A stretch of 64,000 nt of DNA from Adineta vaga (lineage: Eukaryota > Animalia > Rotifera): contig CP075497.1 in assembly GCA_021613535.1 (NCBI GenBank), forward strand, positions 12,586,001 to 12,650,000. Direction: 5' to 3'. The position numbers and the translations under genes were made by a program. Each line of letters opens with the position of its first letter. Within the stretch, counting starts at the first letter, position 1. The notes beneath the pieces were generated by a model. The model saw nothing but the letters and a program-made list of their open reading frames with translations. It was not told where the DNA came from and did not search any database. This document shows positions 21,313-35,068 of the stretch, in pieces.

Positions 21313-24174
21313 ATGAAACATATTAAATCAATCTTTCATCAGAAAAAATCCAATGAAAATCTCAGGTAAAAATATTTATCTTCAAATCGTTCGTTTTTCA
21401 AAGATCAAAGAGAAAAAATTCAATTTTGATAAATACAAAAAAAAACGAAGAATATCTTGTATTTTTATTCATTGATATGATTTCATCGTTTCTTTTTCCT
21501 TTCAACTATCGATCATAATTACAATTAAATGGACGGTATATATGCCTTTAAGCGAGGAATTATTGATGTATAGGCGATCGATATTGATGTTAAACTATAT
21601 ATGCATAATATATATAAGTGAGATGGTCGTTATTCACCTCATTTATTCCTAATAGAATATATGATTGAAGAAAAGAAAGAGAGAAAGAAAGAAAGAACGA
21701 AAAGACATATCATTTGCTTTTATTTAGACAAAATTTATCATTTTTTTCGAAAAAAAATTTCGATCGAATATCAAAACCAGATTTATCAAATATCGAAAAA
21801 GAAGGAGAAGATCGTCATCGATCATATTCATTGAATGAAAATGATTTTATTGATTCACGATTGAATTCTGATTCTACCTCGAATGAATTAGATATTTATA
21901 TTCCAATGAATAATCAACAAAAACAATTTCCATTAAACAATCATTATCGTCGAAGTGTTTTAATACAACAAAAACGTCAATCTGATGAAGATTTTGTTTT
22001 AAAAAATGTTGAAAAACTTCATTATAATTTATTAATAACACATCAAATATTTCATGATCGAACGTTTCCAGCATCATCACAATCGATTTATATCAATGGT
22101 TATTCATTTTCGAAATCAACATTAGCACTTTTACCTGATCAACAAACAAATTTATCATTAAATCATCAAATACAATGGTTACGACCTGATCAAATCAATC
22201 CATCTGAATGGAGTCAAAATTCAATGAATCAATGGACAGTTTTTAGAAATCCAAAACCGAATGATGTTGTTCAAGGAGCTTTAGGTTTGTTTAAAATCAA
22301 TTTTTCAAAAAGATGTTTGAAAAAAATGGGAACATTTTTAGGTGATTGTTGGTTTATTACTGCTTTAAGTGTTCTCGCTGAAGAAGCTGAATATTTAATG
22401 AAAGTAAATTTTTCGTTTTTGTTAAGAAATTATTTTATAAGATAAGTTTAGGTACTTATTACAAAAGAATATAATCCACAAGGATTTTATTATGTTCGAT
22501 TATGTAAAGGTAAAAGAAGAATTCTTTTCTTTTTCTTTTTTCATTAAGTGACAGAAATATTTAGATGGGGAATGGACACAAGTTATTGTAGACGATCGTC
22601 TTCCATGTACATCAAATAAACGTTTAGCATATTCTCAAGCACATCGAAAACAACTTTGGGTTTGAATTTGATTTCTTTTTCTTTCTTTTTTTTGAATAAA
22701 ATCTTTTTCGTTTTCAAGGTTCCATTAATTGAAAAAGCTTTAGCAAAACTAAATGGAAGTTATGAAGCAATTATTGCTGGTCGATGTTGTGAAGGTTTAG
22801 CAACGGTAACAGGTAGTCCATGTGAAACATTAATACTTGGAAAAACAAATAATCCTGATGATAAAAATGTTGATTTGGATAAACTTTGGTTGAAATTATA
22901 TCATGCACGCTCACAAAAATTTCTTATGTGTGCAATGTGTAGTAATAATCATATTTCAAAAGATGAATTTAAAAGTTCGGGTTTACTTAATATTCATGCA
23001 TATTCATTACAAGATATTAAACAATCAAATGACGGAAAACATCGATTAGTTAAATTAAGAAATCCATGGGGTGGAACTCATAGATGGAATGGCGATTGGT
23101 CGGATGATTCATCGTTATGGTTAGAAAATTCGGATTTACGAAAAGAATTATTAAAAGAAAAACGAAGTAAACGTGATGGTGTGTTTTGGATGCCATTTAT
23201 ATCATTTGTGAAATATTTTGAATGTGTTGATATATGTAAAATCAGACCTGATTGGTATGAAGTACGTGATTCAGCGAATTTTTATCCTCAACAAGGAATG
23301 ATGCAATGTTATTATTTAACAATTAAACATCTTACTGAACTTGATATAACACTTCATAGAAAAATAAGTAAAAATCTTCGAATACAACGAAGTGAAGTTA
23401 GTCTGTGTGTTGCAATTGTTAATATGGAAGAGAGAACTCCGGGAAATTACCGAATTTATTCAATTCCAATTCTAAGTCAACGTGGTCAACATAAATTTGT
23501 CTCAACTGATGGTTATCTTCAACCGGGAACTTATCTTATTTTACCTTTTCTATTTAATCCAATTAATAAACAAATGGATAATACAGAATTTAATATTGGT
23601 TTGTTTTCTTCTTTATTTTTAAAAAGAAATTCAACTTTTTCTTTCGTTATTTTTAGCTGTACATAGCTCTTATGCAATTGATCTTGAACGAATTCAAATT
23701 CCATTGAGAGTTCAACGAGAATTTTTAATTAAACTTTGTATATTTTATGGTGAACAAGTTTATACAGGAAGTCGTGAGAAAAATCAATTCGATGATGGAG
23801 TGAAAATTTATGAATTGAAACAATATTGGGATGGATTAATTTTACTTGTTGAAAATCGAAATCTAAATAAAAATGTTCATTTTCATTTTCGTTGTACTCT
23901 TTCACAAAATGCATTTATATCAAGAAAAGATTCAAATCATCAACTATTTGATGTCGTTCCATCAATGCATAGACAAATTATTGTTACAATTGCAAGAAAA
24001 AATGCATCGCATTCATTTACAATTGGACATGATTATCAATATACTCTTTCTTCACAAGATTTTATTAAAAATTCGTATGTTAATAAACAAAAACATTGGC
24101 CGAATATTGATGAATCGATTCTAAGTGAAGATATACATTTACCACAAAGTATTTCTAATGCTAAACAACAATAA
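21313..24174 (+). CDS. Calpain-15/SOL-like cysteine protease lacking the N-terminal zinc fingers
   Basis: [52 protein letters not shown]; SOL-homology-like C-terminus; first exon [17 protein letters not shown] spliced in phase 2. Confidence 0.88.
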
Positions 24175-24370
24175 ATATATTTAAATTAACCTTTGGATTT
24201 TTAAAAAATTCAAACGTATTTTTGATTTCTTTTTAACGAACTCTTTTCTTTATTTTTTGTGAATGTTTTTTCATGTATCAGATATTCATTCTGAATAAAT
24301 AATAACTGAACATGTCTATTTCATCAATCTCATGAAATAGTCTCGACCATAGAGCCATTTTTCCGAGTAG

Positions 24371-24602
24371 TGTAGAAATCGTTAATTCGATTCGAGTATC
24401 AAACTTCTTCAACTTCTAAATTTTGATGGTGTCAATGTATGTGAGGGTGTAGATGTTTAGCTAGTATTCACCTCACACCAAGATCTACCCACACTAAAAT
24501 CCACAGCCACACCAACACCCGCACCGTCAAAATTTAGAATTTGAATAGTTTAAAACTCGAGTTGAGAAGTTGAATAGTTGAAACGTCTTTTCGACTTCTA
24601 CA
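24371..24602. mobile_element. Foldback MITE with telomere-like GT/CA core
   Basis: TGTAGAAATCG...CGACTTCTACA ends; inner ttctaaattttgatggtg / caccgtcaaaatttagaa inverted pair. Confidence 0.75.
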
Positions 24603-24952
24603 TGTATGAATGAGAGAAATAAATACGAAACAGACTACGGGCTTTTAGCAAACGAATGTAAACATATTATATAGATGTCAATGATACACAATCATTTTTT
24701 TTCTCTTTTTGGTTGAAAACTAAACGCAATTCTTTTGTATAAAGTTTAACTAAACGATAATCAAAGTCGAAGAACTTGTTTTTCTATAGATTGTATAAAT
24801 AAAAAGTTCAATTCTTTGAAAAAGATCTTATCAAAGTAGGTAAAATATTTATCAAACAATTAGACATATATTTTTGTAATCAATACAAATAAATACACAA
24901 GGAAATGATTTTATTGAAATCAACAAAACATGCACAATAATGAATGTCTTAT

Positions 24953-26352
24953 TCAAGATGGTTTTCCTAATTGTCCTCGATCAACTTTTTCGTTGAATTG
25001 TGCTGCTGCTTCTGGTGTTATATCAAATGAAAATATATCTGTTGGTAAAGAAAGTGTACAACAAGCATTTGGAATATCAACAATAGATCCAATACGTCCT
25101 TCAACTGGTGCAGCTGCTAATAAACAATAGACTTGTTCTTCACTATAACCAAAACGTGTTAAATAACGAATTGTTGAAAGACATGCTTGACGATAAGCTA
25201 TTGTTGCATCAAGAAAATGTTGTTTATCTTTATCATCAACAGATATTCCTTGAAATGTTAAATATTTTGAATAACGTGGTTCAATTGGACCTGGTTGAAT
25301 CACTGGATTAGTTATTGATAAACGAGACATTCCATCTCGTATAACATCAATATGTAAATCAACATAACCACTCTAAAAATCAGTTGAAATAGAAAAAAAA
25401 ACAATAGTAATTATACTTCATTTTACCATTTCAATGGCACCACAAAATGCAATTTCTCCATCACCTTGAGAAAAATGAATATCACCTAAACTTAATTTAG
25501 CTCCATCGACATAAACTGGTAAATAAGCACGTGATCCACGTGAAATATTTTTTATATCATTATTTCCACCATGTTCACGTGGTGGAATTGTTCGTGCACC
25601 TTCCTTAGCAACTTTTTTCCAAAGATCTTTATTTTCTTCAAATTTTAATCGACCTAATAATGCATTTTTTTCATTTGGTGGATTAGCTAGAACAGTATCT
25701 TTATCATGTAAATGTGAACATCGACTAACTAAATCTCCTTCACGTTTATTCCAACGATTTAATAATTCATGTGATGGAGCACAACCAATAATACCTTTAA
25801 AAATTAAAATAAATCTCTGAAAACAAAAAGAATAGAATGATTGTATTTACCTGGATGAGTTAAACCAGCAAATCGAACGTTTTTTATATGACGGCTGGTA
25901 GCATAAATGCCACTAAAATCCCAAATTGCTTTTCGTGCATGAGGATAATAATCACTTAAAAATCCTCCACCATTTTTCCGATCAAAAATTCCTGTGAAAC
26001 CCCACATTGCTGATGGAAGTGGACCAACATCGAGAATATCGACAACAAGAAGATCACCGGGACGAGCACCTTCAACTTCAATTGGACCTGATAAATAATG
26101 TATACGTGTTAAATCAACATTTTTCACATCATCAGCTGAATCATTATTTTCAATTTGTCCACCAGTCCAGTCAACACATTCGATACGAAATACATCACCT
26201 CGATGAACAGAAACAACACTTGGAATATCTGGATGCCAACGATTATGAAGAGGAATTGTTTGATCAGTAGCTGATCGATTAAGATCAACACTAATCAAAG
26301 GTTTAGCTGCATAAGATATAGCTGTTGATAATGTTCGACGTAAAACTAACAT
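24953..26352 (-). CDS. fmdA: Formamidase (acetamidase/formamidase FmdA family); exons 26352-25851, 25794-25427, 25372-24953
   Basis: HNRWHPDIP, ECVDWTGGQI, HYLSGP, NGGGFL, HPGIIGCAPS, EGARTIPPREHGGN, GDIHFSQGDGEIAFCGAIEM, VDIPNAC. Confidence 0.95.
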
Positions 26353-28247
26353 TATTTCAAATATCTTTTCTTTTTCAAATAATACTAAAGTATATATAGT
26401 TATGGCCTCGTTTTCTTTTCTTTACTTTTTGATAAAACTGGTCAATGTGTGCTTGTTGACATTATATGGCGCAGTATGATATATAATATTCCTTTATAGT
26501 GAAGGGACTATATGATAACGAAAAAGAGAAGTGTCGATTTCATTCTTTTTTTTCATTGATTAAATAAATACCTAATTCTGTGCAGATGACCGACCATAAT
26601 ACACCTAAATAGGACACCATTAATCTATGTACGAAGATATATTGAATTATATATTAATTTATTATAGAAGACAAATAGTCCTACGATATTGAAAATACTG
26701 TAGAATCGAATTTTATTAATTTAGGAAACTTTTGTTTTCAATCCATGACTTACAACAAAATATACGATGATCAGAAAACGCGCAATAAATTCTGTAAAAT
26801 AAATATGCTGCTTACAAAGTCGGTCGTATTGAAAAAATGAAATTTTGATGTTCAAAACCAAATGAGAATTAAAAATAAACAAGAAGCTGTAGAAAATAGA
26901 CTAAACTGGTTTTTTCTAGGATACGATGAAAATATTTCTTATTTATACATGAATTGGCAAATAAACCAAAGAACGAATAGTTTTCACGCTCCACTAACAT
27001 TTTAAATGATCCTTATCGATATCATATCGGGTAAACTTCATAGAGAGATCAATGATGCTTTTCTTATGATAATTATGTGACTTGGTTTTCCCATTTACCA
27101 AAACATGTCATTTTGATCGTCGCAGTGAGAAAATACTTTGTGAATATGATGTTCTGAAAAACTGAAGTTAAATTTAGAACTGGGTGAGAAAGATGTCAAG
27201 TCCGTATGAGATTGTGAAATCCATTCAATATAAGAAAGTGCTTTTCATAACACGATAATTTCTAAACAGTTCAAGTCCATGAATATGTCATAATTTCATC
27301 AAAAACTCTTTGAATTTTATTCAGTTGGTTTAAAAGTAAACTAAATGGTACTATGTAACAGACCTATCATCATTGTCAACTGAATTCATGAACGAAACTC
27401 ACATCAACAGTCTTATTCATGCTCATATCAAAAGAATAAATCATTGCAATTGTCGTTAATCGTTTGTTGTATTTTACGTGAAGGACATATCTCTTCAAAC
27501 TCAATGAACCGCAAATCTAAAGGGGTTCTCTTCAATGAATCTAATTCATCAACAGTTTTCCAAATGAATGAAATAAGAAACACATCTCTCTCAATTGTAA
27601 ACTAACGAGAAAAAAAACATTCGAACAATATATATAAAAAATGAATTATGATTCGAATTTAATAAATACCAAAAAGGAAAATAAATCTTCTTTTGTCAAA
27701 AGTCGCTAGAGATGACATTTTGTGACTTATGATAATAATCATAAATAGTATTGCGGTCTGTCATTCATCTCATAAAATGAAATACAATTTTTATCTAAAG
27801 AGCGATATCTTCCATTATCAATAAAATACGTAAAATTAAATTATAAAAACGAAAAACTTACAACTTCTATAAATCATTTCAATAGTCGGAAGACTTTCAT
27901 TAATTTCTACATTATTCATCAAATAAAGAAAATGGTGCTTCAGACAACATTATGATTAATGTTTGAGAGCTCTGCAATAAACGATCGTTTATAGAAAATA
28001 TTTTTCAATGATTATAGAAGATTAAAATTCAACATTTATGATCTTATCATTAAAACTATGCTATATATTTAAAAAGTAGTCATAAAAAGAAGGAGAATTA
28101 TTATAAAGAGAACAACTTAAGACGTGATTAGAGAATGATAGATAAAAACTTTTCAAGGATGCCTTTCAAACATTTTACAATGATTATTTTTTGTTTCTGA
28201 GATGTTGTTTTTATTTTCTTTGTAGATTATTTCATTGAAAACTTTCC

Positions 28248-28739
28248 ATGGATTCAGAATTTTCAGTAACCGAAATAATATCTGGTGATTTGAATAATAT
28301 TAGTGAAATTCATTATCAATTTGAAGAATTTACATATGAAAATACTACAACTGGAATAACAAATAAGAAAGAAAGACTTAGTCGAGTTTATGATACAATT
28401 ATAAAACGAAAACAATATGAAATTTTAGCTGAAAATATTCGGAATGTTTTATCATTTGACGATTTTATTCGTATTTTACGCCCATTTGTTATGGGTTATT
28501 ATGAAGATAATCAATTAAAACAAGCTTTTCAGATTTTGGATAAAGATCAATCAGGTACAATTAATATTGAAGAATTAGCGAATTTTTTACCAATTATTAA
28601 TGAATTTGCCACAACTGAAGCATTGAAAAATTATATAAAAAAAGTTGATATTGATGTTGAAGATACTTTAACTTATGATCAATTTCGAACATTAATTTTA
28701 AAAGGAATTGGACGTGATATTATTTGTAATCATATTTAA
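28248..28739 (+). CDS. EF-hand calcium-binding protein (5' end uncertain)
   Basis: LKQAFQILDKDQSGTINIEEL and VDIDVEDTLTYDQF. Confidence 0.8.
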   Translation: MDSEFSVTEIISGDLNNISEIHYQFEEFTYENTTTGITNKKERLSRVYDTIIKRKQYEILAENIRNVLSFDDFIRILRPFVMGYYEDNQLKQAFQILDKDQSGTINIEELANFLPIINEFATTEALKNYIKKVDIDVEDTLTYDQFRTLILKGIGRDIICNHI

Positions 28740-28794
28740 TTCTTTGTTTCTTTTTTGGCCAAATAAATCTTAACTAAGAAGAAAAAAAAATTAA

Positions 28795-28867
28795 TGCCCC
28801 GGGTGAGGATCGAACTCACGACCTTCAGATTATGAGACTGACGCTCTACCGACTGAGCCACCGCGGC
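28795..28867 (-). tRNA. tRNA-Met (CAT), elongator type
   Basis: GCCGCGGTGGCTCAGTCGGTAGAGCGTCAGTCTCATAATCTGAAGGTCGTGAGTTCGATCCTCACCCGGGGCA; A and B boxes; downstream T-run terminator. Confidence 0.95.
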
Positions 28868-28950
28868 GGCTGAACATCTATTCAAATTTGTAAACTCTAA
28901 TCATATAAGAAAATCGACTAATGTAACTAAGGAAAATTATTTATTTAATT

Positions 28951-29687
28951 ATGAATTCTAAAACGAATTCGAAGAAAAGTCGTATTCTCAATCATTCACA
29001 ATTTAAATCAAAGAAAAAAAGAGTTGTCTCAAATTTTTTTAAAGAAAACTTTTTTTCGAATTGGATTCAAAATGAATATGAAAATCAATCATTTTCCTCA
29101 AGAAATTCTCAAATTAAAAATCAAACTGATGATCAAGATAGTTTACAATTAAATAATCTCGAATATTTATCAACAATGAAATATATTCTTTTTCTTGATT
29201 TAGAAAATTTTTCAAATTTTTTTCAACATTTAACAAATCCATTACCAAATCAAATCTATATTTTAGCTTTTACAAGTTTAAATTATCAATGGAAACCACC
29301 ACTAAAGTTCTTTTTCACAAGAAGTTTTTTGTTTCTTCTTCTATTGAATTGTTTTTATTTTTAGAAATGTTATTTATGAAAATTTAATTCAATCAAATTC
29401 TTTTCAGTTAATGAATCCAAGTGGAAATCGACATGATGCAGCAGATTTTGCTCTAGTTTTAACTGTAATTCATATTCTTGATGAAAAAAAAGAGATCTGT
29501 TTGTTTTAATAAATAGTTTGGTAAACTTCATGGACTTCTACCAAAATCCATTTCATTTACAATTATTAGTGGTGATAAAGGTTTTCTTGAAATTATTCAT
29601 CAATTAAAAACTTCTCAAAGAAAAATCAATTGGTTTAATCCTCATTTAATTTCATTAGAGAATTTTAATCAAATTTTTCAGTTTTAA
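28951..29687 (+). CDS. Stand-alone PIN/NYN-like domain protein (ZNF451 C-terminal PIN-like type), 3 exons
   Basis: ILFLDLENFSNF, GNRHDAADFALVLT, FTIISGDKGFLEI acidic motifs; stop at 29687. Confidence 0.75.
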
Positions 29688-30014
29688 TTAACGATCGATG
29701 ATAAATTTTCATAGAAGATTCTCTAAGATTGTTCGTTTTTCTGATGAAATTTTTATAAATTATTTCATATGAGACATTAAATATTGTCAAAAGAATATAA
29801 ATGAAATTAAATCCGTCTGTTACTATTATCAATCAAATACATAGACAATCTTGATTTTGATCAAATTTCTTTCAAGGATTATTCTATTGAAGAGACAATG
29901 ACAATATTTCTATTTTTAGTAACGAAAAAGAAACAAACTTCATCTCAATGTCTTCAACATATATATATATATATAGAAGTGTTATATAAGAATCTTTATT
30001 ATAAAATCTAAAAA

Positions 30015-31299
30015 ATGAAGTTTTCGACAGTATTCTTATTGATTATCTCTTTTGGAATATCTAATTGTATATGTAAGTTCAATTCGTTAATTAAGATTAA
30101 TTTAATGAAATTTTCTTTTGAAATTAAGTTTGTAATGATGGATCAAACCCATGTCAATTAGATAATCCAAGTTCAGCAAATGCATATTTTTTACCGCGAA
30201 ATGGTTATTTTTGTCTTGATGCATTTAATGGACAAGTTATATGTACATGTCCTGATAATTCTACAACACGTGATAAACCTTGTCGTTCGTTCTTTGTTTT
30301 TTTTTTGCATTGATTTTGTTTATTAAAATTATTCGGATTTCTATTAGGAATTTGTGATCGAACACCAAATCCATGTGGAATTGGACCAGCTGTTGTCACA
30401 TGTACAGATATTAATAAATCATTTTCATGTTTATGTAATGATGGAAATGGTGGTTTAGTTGTTTTAACAACATCTTGTGGTAAAGATTTATCGAATAAAA
30501 TTAATCGTCTTAATAAAAATCAATTTTAGATGAACGAACTGTAACGCCTTCTCCAGAAGAAAAATGTGAAAATCAAGGTGTTCGAGATCCAACAACGAAT
30601 CAATGTAATTGTCCAAGTGGATTTATTGGAACTAATTGTGAAAATCTATTAGGTAAATATCTGTTCTATTGTCTTTTTAAATTATTAATTACTTAAAGAT
30701 GAAAAATTATGTGATAAAATTGAATGTAAATCAAATGGAGTATGTGCTGTTCGTCCAATTAAAACTGGAGGATCAATTTATCAATCTCAATGTTTATGCC
30801 GTTCTGGTTCTGATGGAGAATTTTGTGAAAGTCAAAGTAATATTGTACAAAGAAATAATTTGAAGATTTTTATTGAGTTTATTTCAAAGGTATTTTGGGA
30901 ACATGTTCATCAACATCTTGTTTACATGGTGGTCTTTGTCGAGAACGTATTTATGGAAATTCTCGATATATTTCATGTCAATGTCGAGCAGGATGGACTG
31001 GAACACGATGTGATAAACGTTAGAATAATCTTTTCTTTCATTTAATATTCATAATGAATTGTTTTTTTATGTTTTTATTTAGAATATTTTCGTTGTAAAT
31101 CACCAGGATATTTTCTTGATGAATTAATGAAAAATCAAGGAAAATATTTCCGTTGTATTCCTTATAATAATGGTAAGAAGAATAGAAGAAATACTCTATA
31201 TTTTAATAATAGAATTTTTTTTTAGATTTTTTAATAAAACAATTATCATGTCCAAAAGGTTTGAAATTTAATTTAGATAAACAATTATGTTTATATTAA
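30015..31299 (+). CDS. Secreted multi-EGF protein with a C-terminal chitin-binding type-2-like module
   Basis: Signal MKFSTVFLLIISFGISNC; EGF motifs CNCPSGFIGTNCE, CLCRSGSDGEFCE, CLHGGLC...CQCRAGWTGTRC; tail YFRC...SCPKGLKFNLDKQLC; many short introns. Confidence 0.8.
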
Positions 31300-33047
31300 A
31301 TTAATATATTATCAAACAATAAACATTTTGAACTTTAACTTTCTTTTTTTAAAGTTTTCTATTAGAATTATTTTAATAAAATAAAATAAATATTATTCTT
31401 ATCAAAAGCATCATATTTCTTCTCATTAATATCAATAGAATTATAGATGTTTAACGAACCATTAAACTCATTTCTCATTTAGATATTTAATTAAAAACAT
31501 ACCTTTAGTGTTAATATAAATCTTTTTGTATAATACATAGAGACGTGAAATATCTTCGATTCCATTGATTTAAATAGCGGATCGAACTATTGAACAAAGT
31601 GCCGAAAGAGGTAAATGTACTTCTCTACCTGTGAGAAAAATAGTGTTTGTACAAGCAAAATAAGAGTTTCTGCTCAATCTGTAATTTGTGTAGGTCTGAT
31701 CTTTGGATAGTTTTGACTTAGTATTATTGTATAGTCAAAATACAAAAGAGGCGGCAATACAATTCTGTACAAACATCAATTTCGACTCTAACAAAAATTC
31801 TACTTCTTATCAACTACTTTTAATTCTCACAAGTAGCTTTCATGTACTCGAAAAACGACCGGGCATTTTGTTCCAAGACTTTCTTGACACAAGTTAGGTA
31901 AGATGTTAATTGATTATTCACTCGGAATTAAAATGTCACTTTAACTTTAGTTTTAAAGAAGAGCAATAATTGTCTTTTCTTTTTGTTTTTATCACTATAT
32001 CATAAAAGGAAAGATATATTCAATATAAATGCTTTTTGATCATAGAAACTCAATTTTCAAGTTCTTTCAATCTAGATAATACAATCAAGTGAAAATTGAT
32101 TCTATATTTTCTGCACGAATGAAACTTTTATTTGTTATAAATAGAAAAGAGAAGTTTTTGTCGTTTTCATCCATTATTTTTATAACGTTTCAAAGTGTTC
32201 AATGTCTCGTAAAATAATTAATTATTCAAATACAGAAGCGTGATTTTATCTAGAAAAGAAACGAAAAAAAAGGATCTTGTCATTTCCTATCAAATCTTTT
32301 TGTCATGTTTTTTCTAAAGATCATGAAGCGAGTAAATATTTTGGATCAGAACGGATGATTGATTAGAATTAATGTTCATTCTTAATCAAATTCTATTCTA
32401 AAAAATTGTTGATATGATTAAAACTTCATGAGAAAGAGTGAAATATTTTTTTATCTTTTACCACAGTTACTTTTTTTTCTTGAAATAAAGAGAGAGAGAA
32501 AACTTTCCGTGAGAAATTTTCCTTCTGTTCATTAATGTTGTTAACGATTCTTTTTCTTTTTTAATTTCTTCAAAGCACATTTCAAGATAATTATTATTAA
32601 TGGAAAAGACAATCTTTTTTTCTCTTGTCTGGTAAATATTACAATACTTTGTTTGATTAAAGTAAAAGTATTTGGTTCTTTTACATAACAATTCTAATCT
32701 CTTTCTTTTATTACAAGATATCAGATGTTTTTCTTCAAAAGAATATGTTTAGTTTAATATTATACAAAAGTCTTTTTGCAAACAGAGGAAAAAATAATAG
32801 TCTAATGTATCTAAATTTGGATACGTTTCTTTTTTTCTCTCTCTTCTCTAATCTCGATAGAATTATCAGGAAAAAAATATCTATTTATAGTTTTATTTTT
32901 TTATCTTTTACTTTATGTTAACATCAATCAATAGGCAAAAGAAAGAAGAAGAAGAGAAAAAAAACGTTGTTCTTTTTCTGTAACAATGTATCTGATTAAT
33001 ATTTTTTTCTTATTTATGAAGATTTAGTTCTTTTAAACCAAATAACG

Positions 33048-34199
33048 ATGATATTTAATGAAACATTGGATAAAACAACGGATGAATTAAATCTTTTCGA
33101 AAGAATTTTAATGACAAGTATATTTGCTTGTATTTGTATACTTGGTGTTATTGGTAAGTTTGAAGAATAGTTTTGTTTGAATTGGCTTATCTTATTTTTT
33201 GTTTTAAAAGGAAATTTATTTGTTTTAATTGTTTCAATTCGAAAACAAAATTATAAGTTTGTTACAAATTGTTATATTATTAATTTAGCTATAACAGATC
33301 TGCTTTTTTTAATGATTTCTGTTCCATTAACAACTTATTTAGGATTAACAAATACATGGATATTAGCATCGTTTGTTAGTTGTCGTGTTCATATCTATTT
33401 AGCTCATGTAAGTTTATTAACAACAAAACCATCATATTTTTTTTCTCTTTAAAAAAAGATCCTTTTACAAGCAACATGTTATACATTAGCAGCAATGAGT
33501 ATTGATCGATATTTATATGTAATTAGTTCACATCCACGTCCGAAATGGCGAACACCATTTAATGCTTTCATTATTTGTGTTTTGATTTGGATTGGTAAAT
33601 TTTTTTAAAATGAAATTTTATAAAAATCTTTTTTTTCTCTTTAGTATCAATAGCATTAGTCTTTCCATATACATCGTTATCATATTCATCATCTGAAAAT
33701 GAATATAATTCCACAAATGATTGTCCTGTATCCTCGTTACATTTGTCAATTGCGTCGTGTTTATTTCCATTTTGTGCTTATTATATTTTACCTTTATTAA
33801 TTATCACACTTTGTTATACGAAATTATGTATCTATATGAAACACATGTCGAAAAGTATGACAAGATATAAAGTAACTATTGAAATTAATAAAAGACAAAA
33901 GAAAAACAAATTAATCTTCTTTTTTTTAGCATAGTTTAATAAGTTCCGGTCCAGGTTTATTAATAAAACGTCGTCGTGTAACTCGAACATTATTCTCGTT
34001 AACATGTGCATTTGCAATATGTTGGTTTCCAATTCATTTACTTGAATTTCTTAATTGTGGACAAATGTTATCAAATTATTATCGTGAACATTCTCAATTA
34101 CTTGATGTTTTTCGAATAACTGCACATGCATTATCTTATTTTAATTCATGTCTTAATCCGTTTTTATATGCTTTGTATAATCAAGAATTACTTCGTTAA
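33048..34199 (+). CDS. Rhodopsin-class neuropeptide GPCR, galanin/allatostatin-A/kisspeptin-receptor-like
   Basis: GVIGNLFV, TNCYIINLAITDLLF, YTLAAMSIDRY, YILPLLIITLCY, FAICWFPIH, AHALSYFNSCLNPFLY; 5 exons. Confidence 0.88.
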
Positions 34200-35068
34200 A
34201 ATCAAAAATTATTTTCTATAGTTATTATTTGAACTGAAATTAAAATGAAACAAAACAAAAACGATCAAACTAATGAAGAATTTATTTGAAAAAAATGACG
34301 ATAAAAATATTCATGAAGAAAAGTAAGATTGTCTAATTAAAAGAATTTAATTGGGTCATTCTTTTTTTTTTGAAATCTAATTTATTCAGTGCATGATAAT
34401 TCTTCTTTTTTTCTCCTACTTGAATATCTTTTTATGAAGGAATATTTCGAAATGTTCAACAAATGTCTAAAACTATCTTTTGGTCACGAATATAGTCCTT
34501 GATAAGATGCGAATCAATCAAAAGTTTATTCAGTCCATTCTTTGAGTATTCTATAACAATTAATTTCATATTTGCATCACATTCAATATCTTTGATTCAA
34601 TTAACAATTTACTTGTTAGAAAGAAAGATATATATTTATTCAAATATAATTATGAAAACATAAACCATGTGCAAGCTATCTAGTCCAAACGTTTTTGCAA
34701 TTTTATTCTAAATTATCCAATGATGGATAATCTGACGACAATTTCAGATCATCAATAGTCGATTTTTACATATTGTATTAAAAGTTGTTTTTTCTTTCTT
34801 TAATCATTTTATTTCAAGTTTTTCTAGTACTTCAGATTTTTCTTTCATCTGTTCTATGGTTGGAGAATGTTGATCTTCTCCGTATATAAAAGACAAGTTA
34901 AACAGAATAACGTTTGTTTCCTTGTATACTATATCTAATACATGTATAGATACCACAAACAGTTAACAACAGATGTTGTTGACTGCCACACGTTCTAGAT
35001 ACTATCGTATTGGTAACGATATGTTATATTATTAATCTGGAAATAGAAAGGTTATACTTTTTTTAAAA

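Noticed and set aside
26900-28000. Scattered coding-like fragments (e.g. DELDSLKRTPLDL)
   Set aside because: Too short and stop-ridden to assign.
31560-31900. Exon-like segments with splice signals
   Set aside because: No coherent frame or recognisable motif.
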